Positions 36,099 through 46,318 of a stretch of DNA of 64,000 nt are shown one piece after another. The stretch's first letter is position 1; the number at the start of each line of letters is the position of its first letter. The translations under genes were made by a program, and so were the position numbers. The stretch is from a virus (taxonomy: Duplodnaviria; Caudoviricetes), in the IMG/VR virus record IMGVR_UViG_3300014204_013734, positions 32,001-96,000 of that record; one strand, given 5' to 3'. The notes below the pieces were generated by a model. The model saw only the letters and a program-made list of their open reading frames with translations. It was not told where the DNA came from and searched no databases.

Positions 36099-37052
36099 CT
36101 AATCCGACCTTTCCCCAACCTTGTTGTTGAAGTCCCGGCATACGTCCAGGCAGTTACCGCGGCAAATCGGGTCGGAAAAGCAGTTGTGGTTCTTCGCCCA
36201 ATTTACCCGTTCGGCACGCATATCAGGACCAACCTTCCCGATAGGTTTCCCACCTTCCCGCAAATAGATGATGCACGGGTAATGAGAATCCCCGACCACG
36301 GCACTGTCATCCATGACCAAGTGGCAACGATCAGAATCCCGTTCCGTCAACCCCCGGACACTTTGCCCAGATTTCATGTTGTTGATCCGGTAATTCAGGA
36401 TCCTATGTTTGCCCATGCCACGAAGGATTTCCGGCGGAAGTGCTTTTCCGAATTGGGCGGCCGGAATGACCCGAATGTCGTGAACACCCAAAGAATCCGC
36501 GAAGGACACGATTTTCGTGATTTCCGCAATGTTGTCTTCGGTCAAGACTACACCAACGGTGGTGTAGCATCTTTCCGACAAGAAGCGGATGTTGCCCGCC
36601 ACTTTGTCAAAGTGACAGTCTTCCAACCCGGCCATTTTGTTGGCGAAAGACGCGCAACAGGCATCCAACGAAATGGAGAAGTCGTTGGCGCCGGCGGCAA
36701 GCAGTTCTTCGTACACCTGCCGGTCCGCAGACCCATTGGAAGAAATAGCGATACGTTTCACCCCGCGAACCTTACACAAGGCCACGAGCCTTTTCAGGTG
36801 CGGATACAGGGTAGGTTCTCCCCCCGAAAAACGAACGTTCTGCAGACCATCGTTGATCCACAGATTCAAGATTTCCAAAGCCGAATCCAGGGGCAAGTGC
36901 CCCTTCAATCCTTTCACCCCACGGCAATAAGGACAACGAAAATTACACGCCGATGTGACCAGAAGTTCGCATCGACACATCGGAGACGTGCCGTTGATGC
37001 TTTTCGCCCTGTCATCCGACAGTGTGTAGAAGCCGATGTCTTCCAGTTTCAT
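36099..37052 (-). CDS. radical SAM enzyme
   Basis: CNFRCPYC, FSGGEP; C-terminal Cys cluster. Confidence 0.88.
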   Translation of the reverse strand: MKLEDIGFYTLSDDRAKSINGTSPMCRCELLVTSACNFRCPYCRGVKGLKGHLPLDSALEILNLWINDGLQNVRFSGGEPTLYPHLKRLVALCKVRGVKRIAISSNGSADRQVYEELLAAGANDFSISLDACCASFANKMAGLEDCHFDKVAGNIRFLSERCYTTVGVVLTEDNIAEITKIVSFADSLGVHDIRVIPAAQFGKALPPEILRGMGKHRILNYRINNMKSGQSVRGLTERDSDRCHLVMDDSAVVGDSHYPCIIYLREGGKPIGKVGPDMRAERVNWAKNHNCFSDPICRGNCLDVCRDFNNKVGERSD

Positions 37053-39496
37053 TAGTCCATCCCCTTGATGTTGGCCACAGGACGCATACGCCGAGCAATC
37101 TTGGCGATCCCTTCCCCTTCCAGGATGCGAAGAACTGCGTCCAGGTCCTTGTAGACGTGTCCACATTCGTCAAGAGGAGTCTGCCGGCTGTTCATCAGGA
37201 TTCCCTTGACGACAGTCCCGTCCTTGCAAACGACCTTGGCATTGTTCATTTCCGCATCAATATCACCCTGCAAGGCAGCAAATTCACGCTTGGCCTGACC
37301 ACGGCCAAGCAGACGCCCGGACCCGTGGTTGACCGAACAACCGGACTGGCAGGCCTTGTCAGATGGAAACAGGATTGCCGCCCCGGTCAACATGGAACCC
37401 GGAATAAGGACCGGATGACCGGTCTTTTCCCACATCGTGCCGTACAAAGCCGGATGCCCAGCCGGGAATGCCCGCGTAGACCCCTTGCGGTGGACGAAGC
37501 CACGGACCAACGACCCATCCGGGAGGTAGATTTCCTCTTCCTGGATCAGGTTATGACTGATTTCGTAAAACGTCTTGGAGGTCTTTCCGAAGACCATTTC
37601 GGTAGCCTCGGAAATGCCGTTGGCAATGACATGCCGGTTCACGATGGCGAAGTTGGCCGCACTGTTGTGGTGCGCCCAAAACTGCTTTCCGAGGGGTTCG
37701 TCAATATGCAACCAAGCGTCTTCCCGACGGTTCTTGGCCAAACCCCGAACTTCGGCACCGGCATACATGAAATGTTCCGCCGTCTGCCAACCGTAACCCC
37801 GGCTTCCGGTATGGATCATGACCCACACTGAGGAATCTTCCGGATCAATCTGCAATTCCACGTAGTGGTTTCCGGCTCCGAGGGAACCGAGTTGCCCGAC
37901 CATCTTGTTTCGGGCGCGTTCAACCCTATTCACGTCAAAGTAAGCAGGGTCAACCGGAAGGGACTTCCGTTCGCAGACATCCTTGGACAAACCCAAGGCG
38001 AAGGCACCTTCCGTCAGGACTTCCATCAGGAAGTTGTAGCTGAAAGAAGGCATCTTGTCGGGACGGTTTGACCCGATACCCGTAGCAACACGCCGGGAAA
38101 CTTCGTCAATCCACTGACGACGCTTTGCCGGATCGGCCACGTCGGCGGCAATCAACCCTTCAATCTTGGCGTGGAGAATTCCACAATTGTGAACGAAAAC
38201 ACCCGCATCCAATGCAAAATTACCGTACTTTTCAACCGTTAAGCAGTACACATCTGCAGTTTCCGTCAGCCACCGGACCGCAACAACCTTGTGATTATTG
38301 TGTTTGTGATAAATGTGCTCTTTAAGGCCCCATTTGCTCTTGTAGGAGCGGCCACAATGAGGGCAGAGAAATTCTGTTACTTTTTCTTTGTGTTGCGTTC
38401 TCTTTTTTCCTCTGTTCAGTAAACCGACTTCTCTGGATTTCTGGCGACCTACCTCACTTTGGTTATATTTGATAAGGAACTCACGGCCCCTCAGACCTGC
38501 TTTTGCATCAGATTCCTTGTATTTTCCTTTTTCTCTTGCCCGTTTGTGGTTTTCAACTATCATTTCATCCCTTCGGGCACAAAACTTCGGGTCTTTATGA
38601 AGTCTTTTCAAGTTCTCTGAAGCCATCTTAGAATACATTTCGGGATACAGCTTATGGGCCTTAGCCCCCCAAATCTCCCCTCTGGCAAGGCGCTCTTTCG
38701 CTGTGTCCGAATGTAGTTTCCAGTGTTCATGTTCATCCATTTCAACAAGGAAACGGGGATCATCATTGTCTTTGGAAGGATTGGGGTTCTGTGTATTGAA
38801 AATATCGTGGTGTATGATACTAGGCCATTTTGGAACATATCCGTGCAGCTCTCGGAAAGAAACTTTATACATTCGTTCTATGGTGTTATCCATAGGATGT
38901 TGGACATAAGAACGGTGCAAAGGCATGAGCGAATCCCCTGGTTTGAGGCACTCCGCTTTTTTGTAGCTTCCATCCCGAAGCATATATTCATGGTCAGGGG
39001 TATTTCGAATGCACTTCCCATTATTCAGTTCCACTTCTACGATGGAAGCAGCCCTTTTTGTTCTTCGTGGGCTGTGGGCTAAACCCGCAGTAACTTTTCC
39101 TTCGGGGGTCATGGAATAGGTGTAAAAAGTTCCGCCTTCCCCATAAAGACGGACAAGTTCTTCAAATGACAAAGTTCTGCCATCTACCAAGGCAACTTTA
39201 GTATCTCCCGTGAAACATGACAGATCGTAGCCCGCCGCTGCCTGTATCAACGTCCCGTCCGTAACGATGACGGATCCGATAGGGACACCATAGCCGAAAT
39301 GGGTGTCCGGCATCAGGAACACATGAGTCACACCCGGATAGGATGCCGCATTCGCAGCCTGTCGCCACACGTCTTCCTCAGAAGAAGCAAACAAGTCTTC
39401 GTTCAGGAATGCTTTGACTTCACATCCCATTTGCGCAACACGCGGCATGCTCAACGTATTGGGTCCGGTTCGAATCACAGTTTCTTTGAATGACAT
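37052..39496 (-). CDS. rtcB: RtcB RNA ligase with intein
   Basis: MPDTH.GYG.PIG, GSLGAGNHY.E, HTGSRG, SHN, HRKG, HGSGR. Confidence 0.92.
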   Translation of the reverse strand: MSFKETVIRTGPNTLSMPRVAQMGCEVKAFLNEDLFASSEEDVWRQAANAASYPGVTHVFLMPDTHFGYGVPIGSVIVTDGTLIQAAAGYDLSCFTGDTKVALVDGRTLSFEELVRLYGEGGTFYTYSMTPEGKVTAGLAHSPRRTKRAASIVEVELNNGKCIRNTPDHEYMLRDGSYKKAECLKPGDSLMPLHRSYVQHPMDNTIERMYKVSFRELHGYVPKWPSIIHHDIFNTQNPNPSKDNDDPRFLVEMDEHEHWKLHSDTAKERLARGEIWGAKAHKLYPEMYSKMASENLKRLHKDPKFCARRDEMIVENHKRAREKGKYKESDAKAGLRGREFLIKYNQSEVGRQKSREVGLLNRGKKRTQHKEKVTEFLCPHCGRSYKSKWGLKEHIYHKHNNHKVVAVRWLTETADVYCLTVEKYGNFALDAGVFVHNCGILHAKIEGLIAADVADPAKRRQWIDEVSRRVATGIGSNRPDKMPSFSYNFLMEVLTEGAFALGLSKDVCERKSLPVDPAYFDVNRVERARNKMVGQLGSLGAGNHYVELQIDPEDSSVWVMIHTGSRGYGWQTAEHFMYAGAEVRGLAKNRREDAWLHIDEPLGKQFWAHHNSAANFAIVNRHVIANGISEATEMVFGKTSKTFYEISHNLIQEEEIYLPDGSLVRGFVHRKGSTRAFPAGHPALYGTMWEKTGHPVLIPGSMLTGAAILFPSDKACQSGCSVNHGSGRLLGRGQAKREFAALQGDIDAEMNNAKVVCKDGTVVKGILMNSRQTPLDECGHVYKDLDAVLRILEGEGIAKIARRMRPVANIKGMD
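38186..39217 (-). mobile_element. intein (344 aa) in RtcB
   Basis: S/CFTGDT N-junction, TPDH block B, VHN/C C-junction; internal HNH-like region and C2H2 finger. Confidence 0.88.
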
Positions 39497-39518
39497 GGTA
39501 CGTTTCTCCTTCCCCAAG

Positions 39519-39547
39519 ACTACCGGAAACTCTGTCAAACCAAGCCG
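39519..39547 (-). promoter_or_regulatory. phage promoter motif upstream of rtcB
   Basis: CGGCTTGG-N15-GGTAGT. Confidence 0.8.
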
Positions 39548-40014
39548 TGTTGCCGCAGCAGCAGAATACCCAAGAACATCAGCAAGATATGCAGCGTGTT
39601 GTCCGTCACCGTGTAAACGATGGCAGCGAACGCCGTAATGACGGATGGGATATGCAGGTCTTCAGGAATCAGAAGGCAAGGTCCGTTTTTGACCCGAATA
39701 TGGTCAAGGGCGGCGTCCCAATCCTTCATCACATTCCTGCCCCCAATCAAGTCTAACCACTTCTGACCAAGGCCCCAACGGTCAATCGGGAAGTGGGACA
39801 AGAAAACCATTCCCCACATCCACGGATTCATCACGGTAGTCGTAACAAGGACGACGGCTACCGTATAGGCTACGCAATGGATCAAGCAAATCCCGAACCC
39901 CTTCCAGGACCGCACTGATTTCCCAAGGGCCATCCATACGGGTTGGAAGAGGTAGTCCCCGACGAAATGCCCGAGAATGGCTAGGATCAGCAAGGATTCG
40001 GATTCACACGTCAT
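39535..40014 (-). CDS. DUF3307-like membrane protein
   Basis: HFVGDYLFQ..MA..K, H, SHF.ID, DNTLH. Confidence 0.75.
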   Translation of the reverse strand: MTCESESLLILAILGHFVGDYLFQPVWMALGKSVRSWKGFGICLIHCVAYTVAVVLVTTTVMNPWMWGMVFLSHFPIDRWGLGQKWLDLIGGRNVMKDWDAALDHIRVKNGPCLLIPEDLHIPSVITAFAAIVYTVTDNTLHILLMFLGILLLRQHGLV

Positions 40015-40036
40015 GGTACGTTTCTCCTTCCCCAGG

Positions 40037-40065
40037 ACTACCCGAAACCCCATTAAACCAAACCG
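40037..40065 (-). promoter_or_regulatory. phage promoter motif variant
   Basis: CGGTTTGG-N15-GGTAGT; part of a duplicated promoter/RBS cassette. Confidence 0.7.
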
Positions 40066-40105
40066 TAATAATGCCCGAGGATGGCCAGGATCAACAGGTT
40101 TTCGG

Positions 40106-40852
40106 TCATGCCTTAGGCTTTCCCGTTAAATAGCAGGGAAGGTGGAAAATCTCCGCCTGTCCAGAAGGTTCCGCTGGACGAACCCAGTATCCTTGTTCGC
40201 CCTTTGCAACCATCTGCTTACAGACGGGGCATTGTACGGATTGAACACACGTAATAGTTCGGTGGTTTTCGTCTTCTACCAAAGTTCGGGTCACGGGCTT
40301 CTTGGGCTTCGGGTTGTCTTTTTCCTTATCCTTGGCAAGAAGTTCTTGCGACAAGGCTTCCATGTTGTTTTGCCGTTTGGCTAAACACGAAACGGCAAAA
40401 CAACACTTCCTGCAAACCGGACTTTGTTCTGCCAAGAAACCAAAGCACTGCGTGTTTTCCCTAGCTAGTTCCCGGATATACGGATCCGAGTGATAGCTCT
40501 CCCCGTCAGTGTCTGTGCTGTTTTCTTGCAGCGGGCTGGGAGGAACGGAAATGGGAACGGAAATGGAAGCCAACCTGTTAGCTTCCGTCAAACCGGCAGT
40601 CGTTAACGTCCATTGCCCTTTAGCCAGCCGGTTTGCATAACCTTCCGTCACCAATTCCTTGAAAGCCCACTGAACCCATTTCTCAACCTGCGGTTTCCCA
40701 CTGGCCTCGTTCAGGCCATACTGGTCCAGCTCGATGCCCATCAACTCACAAACCTTTACGCACACCTTTTCCATAGCAATTCCAATGCCCGTCCCCTGCG
40801 TCAGGAAAAGCAAAGCCTTCAGCAGGGGGTCCTTGAAATCCTTGGCTGTCAT
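40106..40852 (-). CDS. Mrr N-terminal-like winged helix + Cys-rich domains
   Basis: VQWAF..L...G......GQWTLT..G. Confidence 0.6.
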   Translation of the reverse strand: MTAKDFKDPLLKALLFLTQGTGIGIAMEKVCVKVCELMGIELDQYGLNEASGKPQVEKWVQWAFKELVTEGYANRLAKGQWTLTTAGLTEANRLASISVPISVPPSPLQENSTDTDGESYHSDPYIRELARENTQCFGFLAEQSPVCRKCCFAVSCLAKRQNNMEALSQELLAKDKEKDNPKPKKPVTRTLVEDENHRTITCVQSVQCPVCKQMVAKGEQGYWVRPAEPSGQAEIFHLPCYLTGKPKA

Positions 40853-40868
40853 TGTGTTTGAATCCTTT

Positions 40869-42077
40869 TCAGATAGTGGTTAGAGGATCTTCCTTGGACA
40901 CATGGCTGGTGTCGCCTTCGTCCAAAGTAGAAAAGTGAGGTTCCAACAGACCTATGGCTAAGTCCCGATTCTCCTTGTCGGGCAGGCCATCCAGCCATGC
41001 CTTACAAGCGACCTTCAGGATGTTGCCGGGAATTTTTTTCTGTACCGAAGTTTCCACTAGGTCCGTGGCATGCCCCAGAATGGTTTCCAAGGCCCGATGG
41101 GAGAATTCGGCGAAAAGACGCCCATCCGTGATAGCCTCCCGTAAAGAAACGGTTGCTCCACCCAATTGCTCAAACAGTTTGGGAACCCGACGCGCCAGCA
41201 TCGGGTACTTTGCCTTCAGGATGGGCTCTTCGTCCGTCCATGCCATGGGACGGAATTGGAAACGTCTTTGCCAACGTTCCATCAGGGATGCGTCCAACGG
41301 ATTGGACGACACCATACGTCCCCGGTCGTCCCCCGACCCGGCCGTGTTGCCGGTAGCGACAAGGCGGGTTCCAGGAAAAACCCGGTAGATCTTTCCTTCG
41401 GGGCCATCCACACGACCTTGGATGGAATCTGCAATTAGCCTCAGGTATTCCGCCTGCTCTTTGTCAGCTCTGTCGAAATCCGTGAACAGGACCAGATAAG
41501 GAATGACCCGACCACTTGAAGTGGTGTATCCGTCACGAAGTGCCTTCAGCACTTCGCCCTCTTCCCAAAAGGTACCGTTGGCGTTGAACGCCCGGATGAA
41601 AAACCAACTCTGAATGTCGGTTCCCGGCTTGATTTGCCGGATAATTGCTGGCGTTCTCGTTAGCGCCGACCATGCGTGATAGAGGGCGTCCTTTCCTGTT
41701 CCCGGAAGTCCCCATACATACGTATGTCTTCCCTTCATAAGGGCCACCAAGGCGTGACCCACGTCTTCACCCAATTCCTTCCCCATTGGGACCCGGTAAT
41801 GGGCCGGCAGAGGTAGACAATCGTCTACCGAAACATCGGGATTGAAAGGGAACCTGTACCGCCCGAACTGAACCATGAGGTTATCCGGTGTAGGTACTCC
41901 GTCACGCCGGACGTTCTTCGTCCGTTCCTTCCATGCTTCTTGGAAGCGCGGGCTTGCCACGGGCAGCCCAGGGTATTCCTTTTCGTATTCCGAAATACCC
42001 ATATTATGGGCTTCCCTGAGATGGGAGCCCAACCAATCCCCACAATCCTTTTTACATATTGCACATTCAATGCCCAT
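40869..42077 (-). CDS. MoxR/CobS-like AAA+ ATPase
   Basis: GLPGTGK Walker A, TDFDR, ATGNT.G.GD, DASLMER. Confidence 0.85.
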   Translation of the reverse strand: MGIECAICKKDCGDWLGSHLREAHNMGISEYEKEYPGLPVASPRFQEAWKERTKNVRRDGVPTPDNLMVQFGRYRFPFNPDVSVDDCLPLPAHYRVPMGKELGEDVGHALVALMKGRHTYVWGLPGTGKDALYHAWSALTRTPAIIRQIKPGTDIQSWFFIRAFNANGTFWEEGEVLKALRDGYTTSSGRVIPYLVLFTDFDRADKEQAEYLRLIADSIQGRVDGPEGKIYRVFPGTRLVATGNTAGSGDDRGRMVSSNPLDASLMERWQRRFQFRPMAWTDEEPILKAKYPMLARRVPKLFEQLGGATVSLREAITDGRLFAEFSHRALETILGHATDLVETSVQKKIPGNILKVACKAWLDGLPDKENRDLAIGLLEPHFSTLDEGDTSHVSKEDPLTTI

Positions 42078-42118
42078 ATCAACCTCCAAGGCTAATGGTT
42101 TACATCCAAACACTTCGG

Positions 42119-42147
42119 ACTACCCGACACAAAAAATTTCCAAGCCG
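42119..42147 (-). promoter_or_regulatory. phage promoter motif
   Basis: exact motif; divergent pair. Confidence 0.8.
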
Positions 42148-42157
42148 GGAAAAGTTA

Positions 42158-42186
42158 CGGCTTGGAATTCATTATGTCCCGGTAGT
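42158..42186 (+). promoter_or_regulatory. phage promoter motif
   Basis: exact motif; divergent pair. Confidence 0.8.
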
Positions 42187-42217
42187 TAGAGCATGAACTG
42201 TGTGAAACGGAGGCAGA

Positions 42218-44620
42218 ATGCAAAAGACAGATAACTTGAATCCGATTATCAGGGGAGCTTCATACCGGACGATATACGAAGGCGTCGTCCGGGGGGTCCT
42301 CGGAAAAGATGCCCCTGAAGTCAGAAGTATGGGCGAACGGTTTTACAACCAGGACCGTTGGACGGGGCGGGAATTACTGGTACTTATGTGTACTTGGGCG
42401 GAAAAAAACCCAGGCTGCGTTCCGACACGAGCTGATGTATCGGAATGGGTTAAGAAGGCAAACAACGCCCCGACCCGCCGCCGCATGATTGTCATCGCCA
42501 ATACGCCTGACAAGCTTCCTTTACGTACCGCCATGGGATTGGTCGGTGGTGCGTATCACGAAGCTTTCCATTCTTTGTATTCCTGTCGGCGGCAACTTAA
42601 CGTTGACGAAGCGACAGCGATTATTTTGCCCCGATGGGCGAAAGTACCGGACTGGAGTCGATTGCCAAAGACTTTGTTGGATTGGTCCAATATCATTGAA
42701 GACACCAGAATTGAAAAAATGGGCAGGGAAGAATTTGAACCTGCCTTCATGAAGTTAGCGGATTTACAGGATTATATTATCATAAAAGAGAAAGAAAGTT
42801 GGGAGGGACAGCGTAGTTCAGGCAAACCCCCCAACGTGTTGTCCGTTGTTAGCAGGACCTTTCGGGATGTTGGCCTTGGTTATAACACGGACATCCAACG
42901 GGCGGCTTTGGAACAGTACAAGACCGACTCTCCCGAAGGTTACAGTTTGGTCATGGAGGGGCCTTTAACGCGTTTCCTCCGCGAAACCGTATCTCTGGGA
43001 GGAGACGATTTGGGTTGTATTCGTCTTGCCATGGACATCATAGCGGAACTTGTGAAACTGTCCAAAATGGACCAAGATGAACAAGAGGCTGAAGACGGAC
43101 AGGCCGGAGACGGCAAGACCAAGTGTCCGCAATGCGGTGCGGATGGGCACAACATCATCGTCCGACCCAAATCGGATGGCAACGGTGGAAAAATCAAAGG
43201 TGTTGGCATTGCTACCTGTACCGTTTGCGGATGGCAGGACGAAGTCAAGATCAAAGCTACGTCCAAACAAGCGGGTAGCGGATCATCCGATCCCAAAGAC
43301 ACCCCGCAGTTTGTGGGTTTTGACGTAGAAGATTTTGAAACTGGAATGGATCCTGGAAAGGACGGAGAAGGCAAGGAAAAGGGTGAAGAAGGAAAAGAAG
43401 AAGGAAAAGGAAAAGAAGGGGGGAGCGAAAGTGATACTGGGAAGGAACAAGGTGAAGGAAAAGAAGGTGAAGGTGAAGGAACAGAAGGTGAAGGAACGAA
43501 TCTAATAAAGGATGCCCCGCAGGCCTGCGGGGCAGGGGGCCACCATCAAGGCCCGGACCGAATTGCAGGAAATGATTGGTCGGAAGTTACCCAGGCTTTC
43601 CTGCAAGAAGTTGCTTCCGGTGCGGATGCCGGATTGCAAGACCTTGCCGCAACACTGGCGGAATCCGTTAAAGCCGCCTTAGATAAGGAATTGTCGGACG
43701 TAAATGCCGGGGAAGCCCCTTGGAATCCCTTGGATCTCGGTTTGGACACTGTCCAAGTCGTACTGCCTTCCCACAGGGGAAAGGAATGGGACCTACAACA
43801 AGCGGACAGCCTGTTGGCCTCGGTCAAACCGCAAACAGCTTACCTGCGAGCTAGGTTGAGGATGATCGTCCAGGCTATGACCCAAACGGCCGTTTACCAT
43901 GGGGTCAAAAAAGGAAGAAACCTTTCCGGTCGTTTTCTGGCGGACACCCACGTAGCCATTATGGGTCATAACAGCCCCAACCGGGCGTACTACACAAAAA
44001 CAACGCGGCTGGATATGTCAATGGCGGCTGCCATCGTCATGGACCAATCCGGCAGTATGCACTGCCGATTGGGATTGGCTACGCAAATCTTTTGCGCGTT
44101 GACGGAACCTCTTGACAGTCTTGGTTGCCCGACCCTAGCTATTGGATTCAGAAATGGGGAAAGGGGCGGCAACAGCCCCTGCCATGAAGATTCGGATAAC
44201 TATCACCGGACGAATGGGGTTACGTACGATATTTTCAAGGGATGGAATGAACGGTTCCGACCCATTCGTTGGCGCTTCGCCAACACCAGAGCAGATGGGG
44301 GAACCCCGATGGCAGACGGAATACAGTTTGCCATGACGGGGCTAAAAGGACGAACGGAAGCCAACAGGTTCCTGTTCGTCGTTACTGACGGGGGACCGGA
44401 CCCAAGCCACGCCCCCGTAGTCCGACGTCAATGTCGTATCGCAAAGGGAATGGGTATCCATATCATAGGGGTTGGAGTCGGTGACGGCGCCGAAGATGTA
44501 GTAACCCTGTTCCCGGACCACGTATGGTCCAAAAATGTTTCTGATATTCCAAGGCTGTTGGTAGCCAAGTTGAATGACTTGGTAGACATTCATTGCGGGC
44601 GAAAAAGGAATATAACGTGA
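42218..44620 (+). CDS. CobT-like metallopeptidase-vWA protein (MoxR partner)
   Basis: HEAFH, NIIEDTRIE, acidic G/E linker, DQSGSM, GGTP, VTDG. Confidence 0.85.
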   Translation: MQKTDNLNPIIRGASYRTIYEGVVRGVLGKDAPEVRSMGERFYNQDRWTGRELLVLMCTWAEKNPGCVPTRADVSEWVKKANNAPTRRRMIVIANTPDKLPLRTAMGLVGGAYHEAFHSLYSCRRQLNVDEATAIILPRWAKVPDWSRLPKTLLDWSNIIEDTRIEKMGREEFEPAFMKLADLQDYIIIKEKESWEGQRSSGKPPNVLSVVSRTFRDVGLGYNTDIQRAALEQYKTDSPEGYSLVMEGPLTRFLRETVSLGGDDLGCIRLAMDIIAELVKLSKMDQDEQEAEDGQAGDGKTKCPQCGADGHNIIVRPKSDGNGGKIKGVGIATCTVCGWQDEVKIKATSKQAGSGSSDPKDTPQFVGFDVEDFETGMDPGKDGEGKEKGEEGKEEGKGKEGGSESDTGKEQGEGKEGEGEGTEGEGTNLIKDAPQACGAGGHHQGPDRIAGNDWSEVTQAFLQEVASGADAGLQDLAATLAESVKAALDKELSDVNAGEAPWNPLDLGLDTVQVVLPSHRGKEWDLQQADSLLASVKPQTAYLRARLRMIVQAMTQTAVYHGVKKGRNLSGRFLADTHVAIMGHNSPNRAYYTKTTRLDMSMAAAIVMDQSGSMHCRLGLATQIFCALTEPLDSLGCPTLAIGFRNGERGGNSPCHEDSDNYHRTNGVTYDIFKGWNERFRPIRWRFANTRADGGTPMADGIQFAMTGLKGRTEANRFLFVVTDGGPDPSHAPVVRRQCRIAKGMGIHIIGVGVGDGAEDVVTLFPDHVWSKNVSDIPRLLVAKLNDLVDIHCGRKRNIT

Positions 44621-44885
44621 AAGCAACGCACGAAGTTGCAACAGACAAGAGGGTACTTATCAAAGTCGTGTTTGAACGGGAATCCCCCAATGCGGATTCC
44701 CCGACCATTGAAGTAGTGTTTCAGGTGTATTTTCCGGAAACCTTTTCGGTAGATGGAAACATCAGGACGCTGTTCTGGTTGTCCGCAACCCGGGTCGATA
44801 CAAGGGAAGTCTTCTTCTTGACCGAAGAAGAAATCCAAGAGGTCATCCAAACCGCAGGAGACCATGCGGCTGAAATGGCTCCGGG

Positions 44886-45266
44886 ATGGTGACCAAGATT
44901 CCAAAGTTTTTCTGTGTAGACAGGAACGGAATCAGCCGAACAGTCCTCCTTGTTGGCAGACACGCCGTCAAAATTCCCGTGCTTCGTTACGGTTGGAAAA
45001 AGTTCCTTCAGGGTCTTCTGGCCAACATGCAGGAACGGGAATTCTCAAAAGCAGGATGGCCAGAACTGTGTCCGGTCAAGTTCAGTCTACCGGGGGGATT
45101 CCTCCTGGTGATGCCCCGGGTCCAGGTCATGACCGACGAGGAATTTGACAGGTTTGATTATGTGGGATTCGTCTTCAAGGAAGACCGAAAAATCCCCGTT
45201 GAACCCAAATCCGATTCATTCGGGTGGCTTAACGGGTGTGTCGTCGCCATTGACTACGGAAATTGA
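44886..45266 (+). CDS. small kinase-fold-like hypothetical protein
   Basis: G..R.V...AVKIP and terminal IDYG. Confidence 0.5.
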   Translation: MVTKIPKFFCVDRNGISRTVLLVGRHAVKIPVLRYGWKKFLQGLLANMQEREFSKAGWPELCPVKFSLPGGFLLVMPRVQVMTDEEFDRFDYVGFVFKEDRKIPVEPKSDSFGWLNGCVVAIDYGN

Positions 45267-45322
45267 TCGGGTATTCTGTTGGAAATGGTTCCACATCGGA
45301 ACCTGGAAAGAAGAAAAGAAAC

Positions 45323-46318
45323 ATGGACAAGATGGAAATCACCTGCTATGGACCCCGTGGGTCCCGTCCCGCCGCTTCCCGAAAGGGTTTTTCAACCGTT
45401 GAATTCGGTGGGGACACCAATTGCTACTACGTCAAAGCCGGCCCATTCCGGATCATCCTTGATGACGGCACTGGGGTCGCCATCCTGGGAGATGACCTGA
45501 TGAAGAACGGAATCATTGGGGAATCCTTCATCAACCTGATCACGCATTACCATTGGGACCACCTCGACGGAATGTCCTTCTGTATCCCGTATTTCATCGG
45601 GACGAATACATTCCACATCCACGGCCCCATTCCGTCTGGTTACGAAGCCACAGGTCAACCCAGATCGGCCGTTGAGATGATGCTGGCCATCCAGCAGTCA
45701 AACCCCCTCTTCCCGGTCGCACACGAATGTTTGCCCGCCCGCAAACTTTATACCGGGCATGCGAGGCAATTTTCCAACACCGTCCTGTACACCAACTTGG
45801 TGGGACCGACCGGCAAGCAAGAATACCGGCAAATTGAAAACATTTCCGACGTTTTTCTCAAAAAGGATTTGTTGAAGATCACAACCATCCCTTTGAACCA
45901 TCCCGATGGTTGCCTCGGATACCGGATTGATTGGATGGACATGTCCATCGCTTATTGCACGGACAATGAACCGTTCCGGAAACCCAATGCACAGATCACG
46001 AAACTGGCCAAGAATGTCAACTGGTTGTTACTGGACGGACAATACGACGAAAGCGAAATCGGAGGGATGCAGCAAGGGTTCGGTCATGGGACCCCGCAAT
46101 CCTGCATTGAACAGGCAATGGCCTGCGATGCCAAATTTCTTGTCGTATCCCACCATGAACCGAAACGAAATGACACTTCCTTATCCTTGATGGAACAGGA
46201 AGCCCGAGGGTTTGCCCACAGGACTGGATTTTCCTCCCCCTTGGAATTCGCCAGAGAAGGGCGTGTCTGGAACGTCACTGTGGATGGTGTTACTTGCTTG
46301 GAAGGAAGTAATCAATGA
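45323..46318 (+). CDS. metallo-beta-lactamase fold hydrolase (RNase Z/PhnP-like)
   Basis: THYHWDH, HPDG, TD, DGQY, GH and HH motifs. Confidence 0.85.
   Translation: MDKMEITCYGPRGSRPAASRKGFSTVEFGGDTNCYYVKAGPFRIILDDGTGVAILGDDLMKNGIIGESFINLITHYHWDHLDGMSFCIPYFIGTNTFHIHGPIPSGYEATGQPRSAVEMMLAIQQSNPLFPVAHECLPARKLYTGHARQFSNTVLYTNLVGPTGKQEYRQIENISDVFLKKDLLKITTIPLNHPDGCLGYRIDWMDMSIAYCTDNEPFRKPNAQITKLAKNVNWLLLDGQYDESEIGGMQQGFGHGTPQSCIEQAMACDAKFLVVSHHEPKRNDTSLSLMEQEARGFAHRTGFSSPLEFAREGRVWNVTVDGVTCLEGSNQ

Noticed and set aside
35679-37831. Long + strand ORFs (458 and 269 aa)
   Set aside because: Antisense shadows of the ligase-like, radical SAM and rtcB genes, with no recognisable motifs.
43361-43500. 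GAAGG-rich repeat
   Set aside because: Low-complexity Gly/Glu/Lys linker of the vWA protein, not a separate element.
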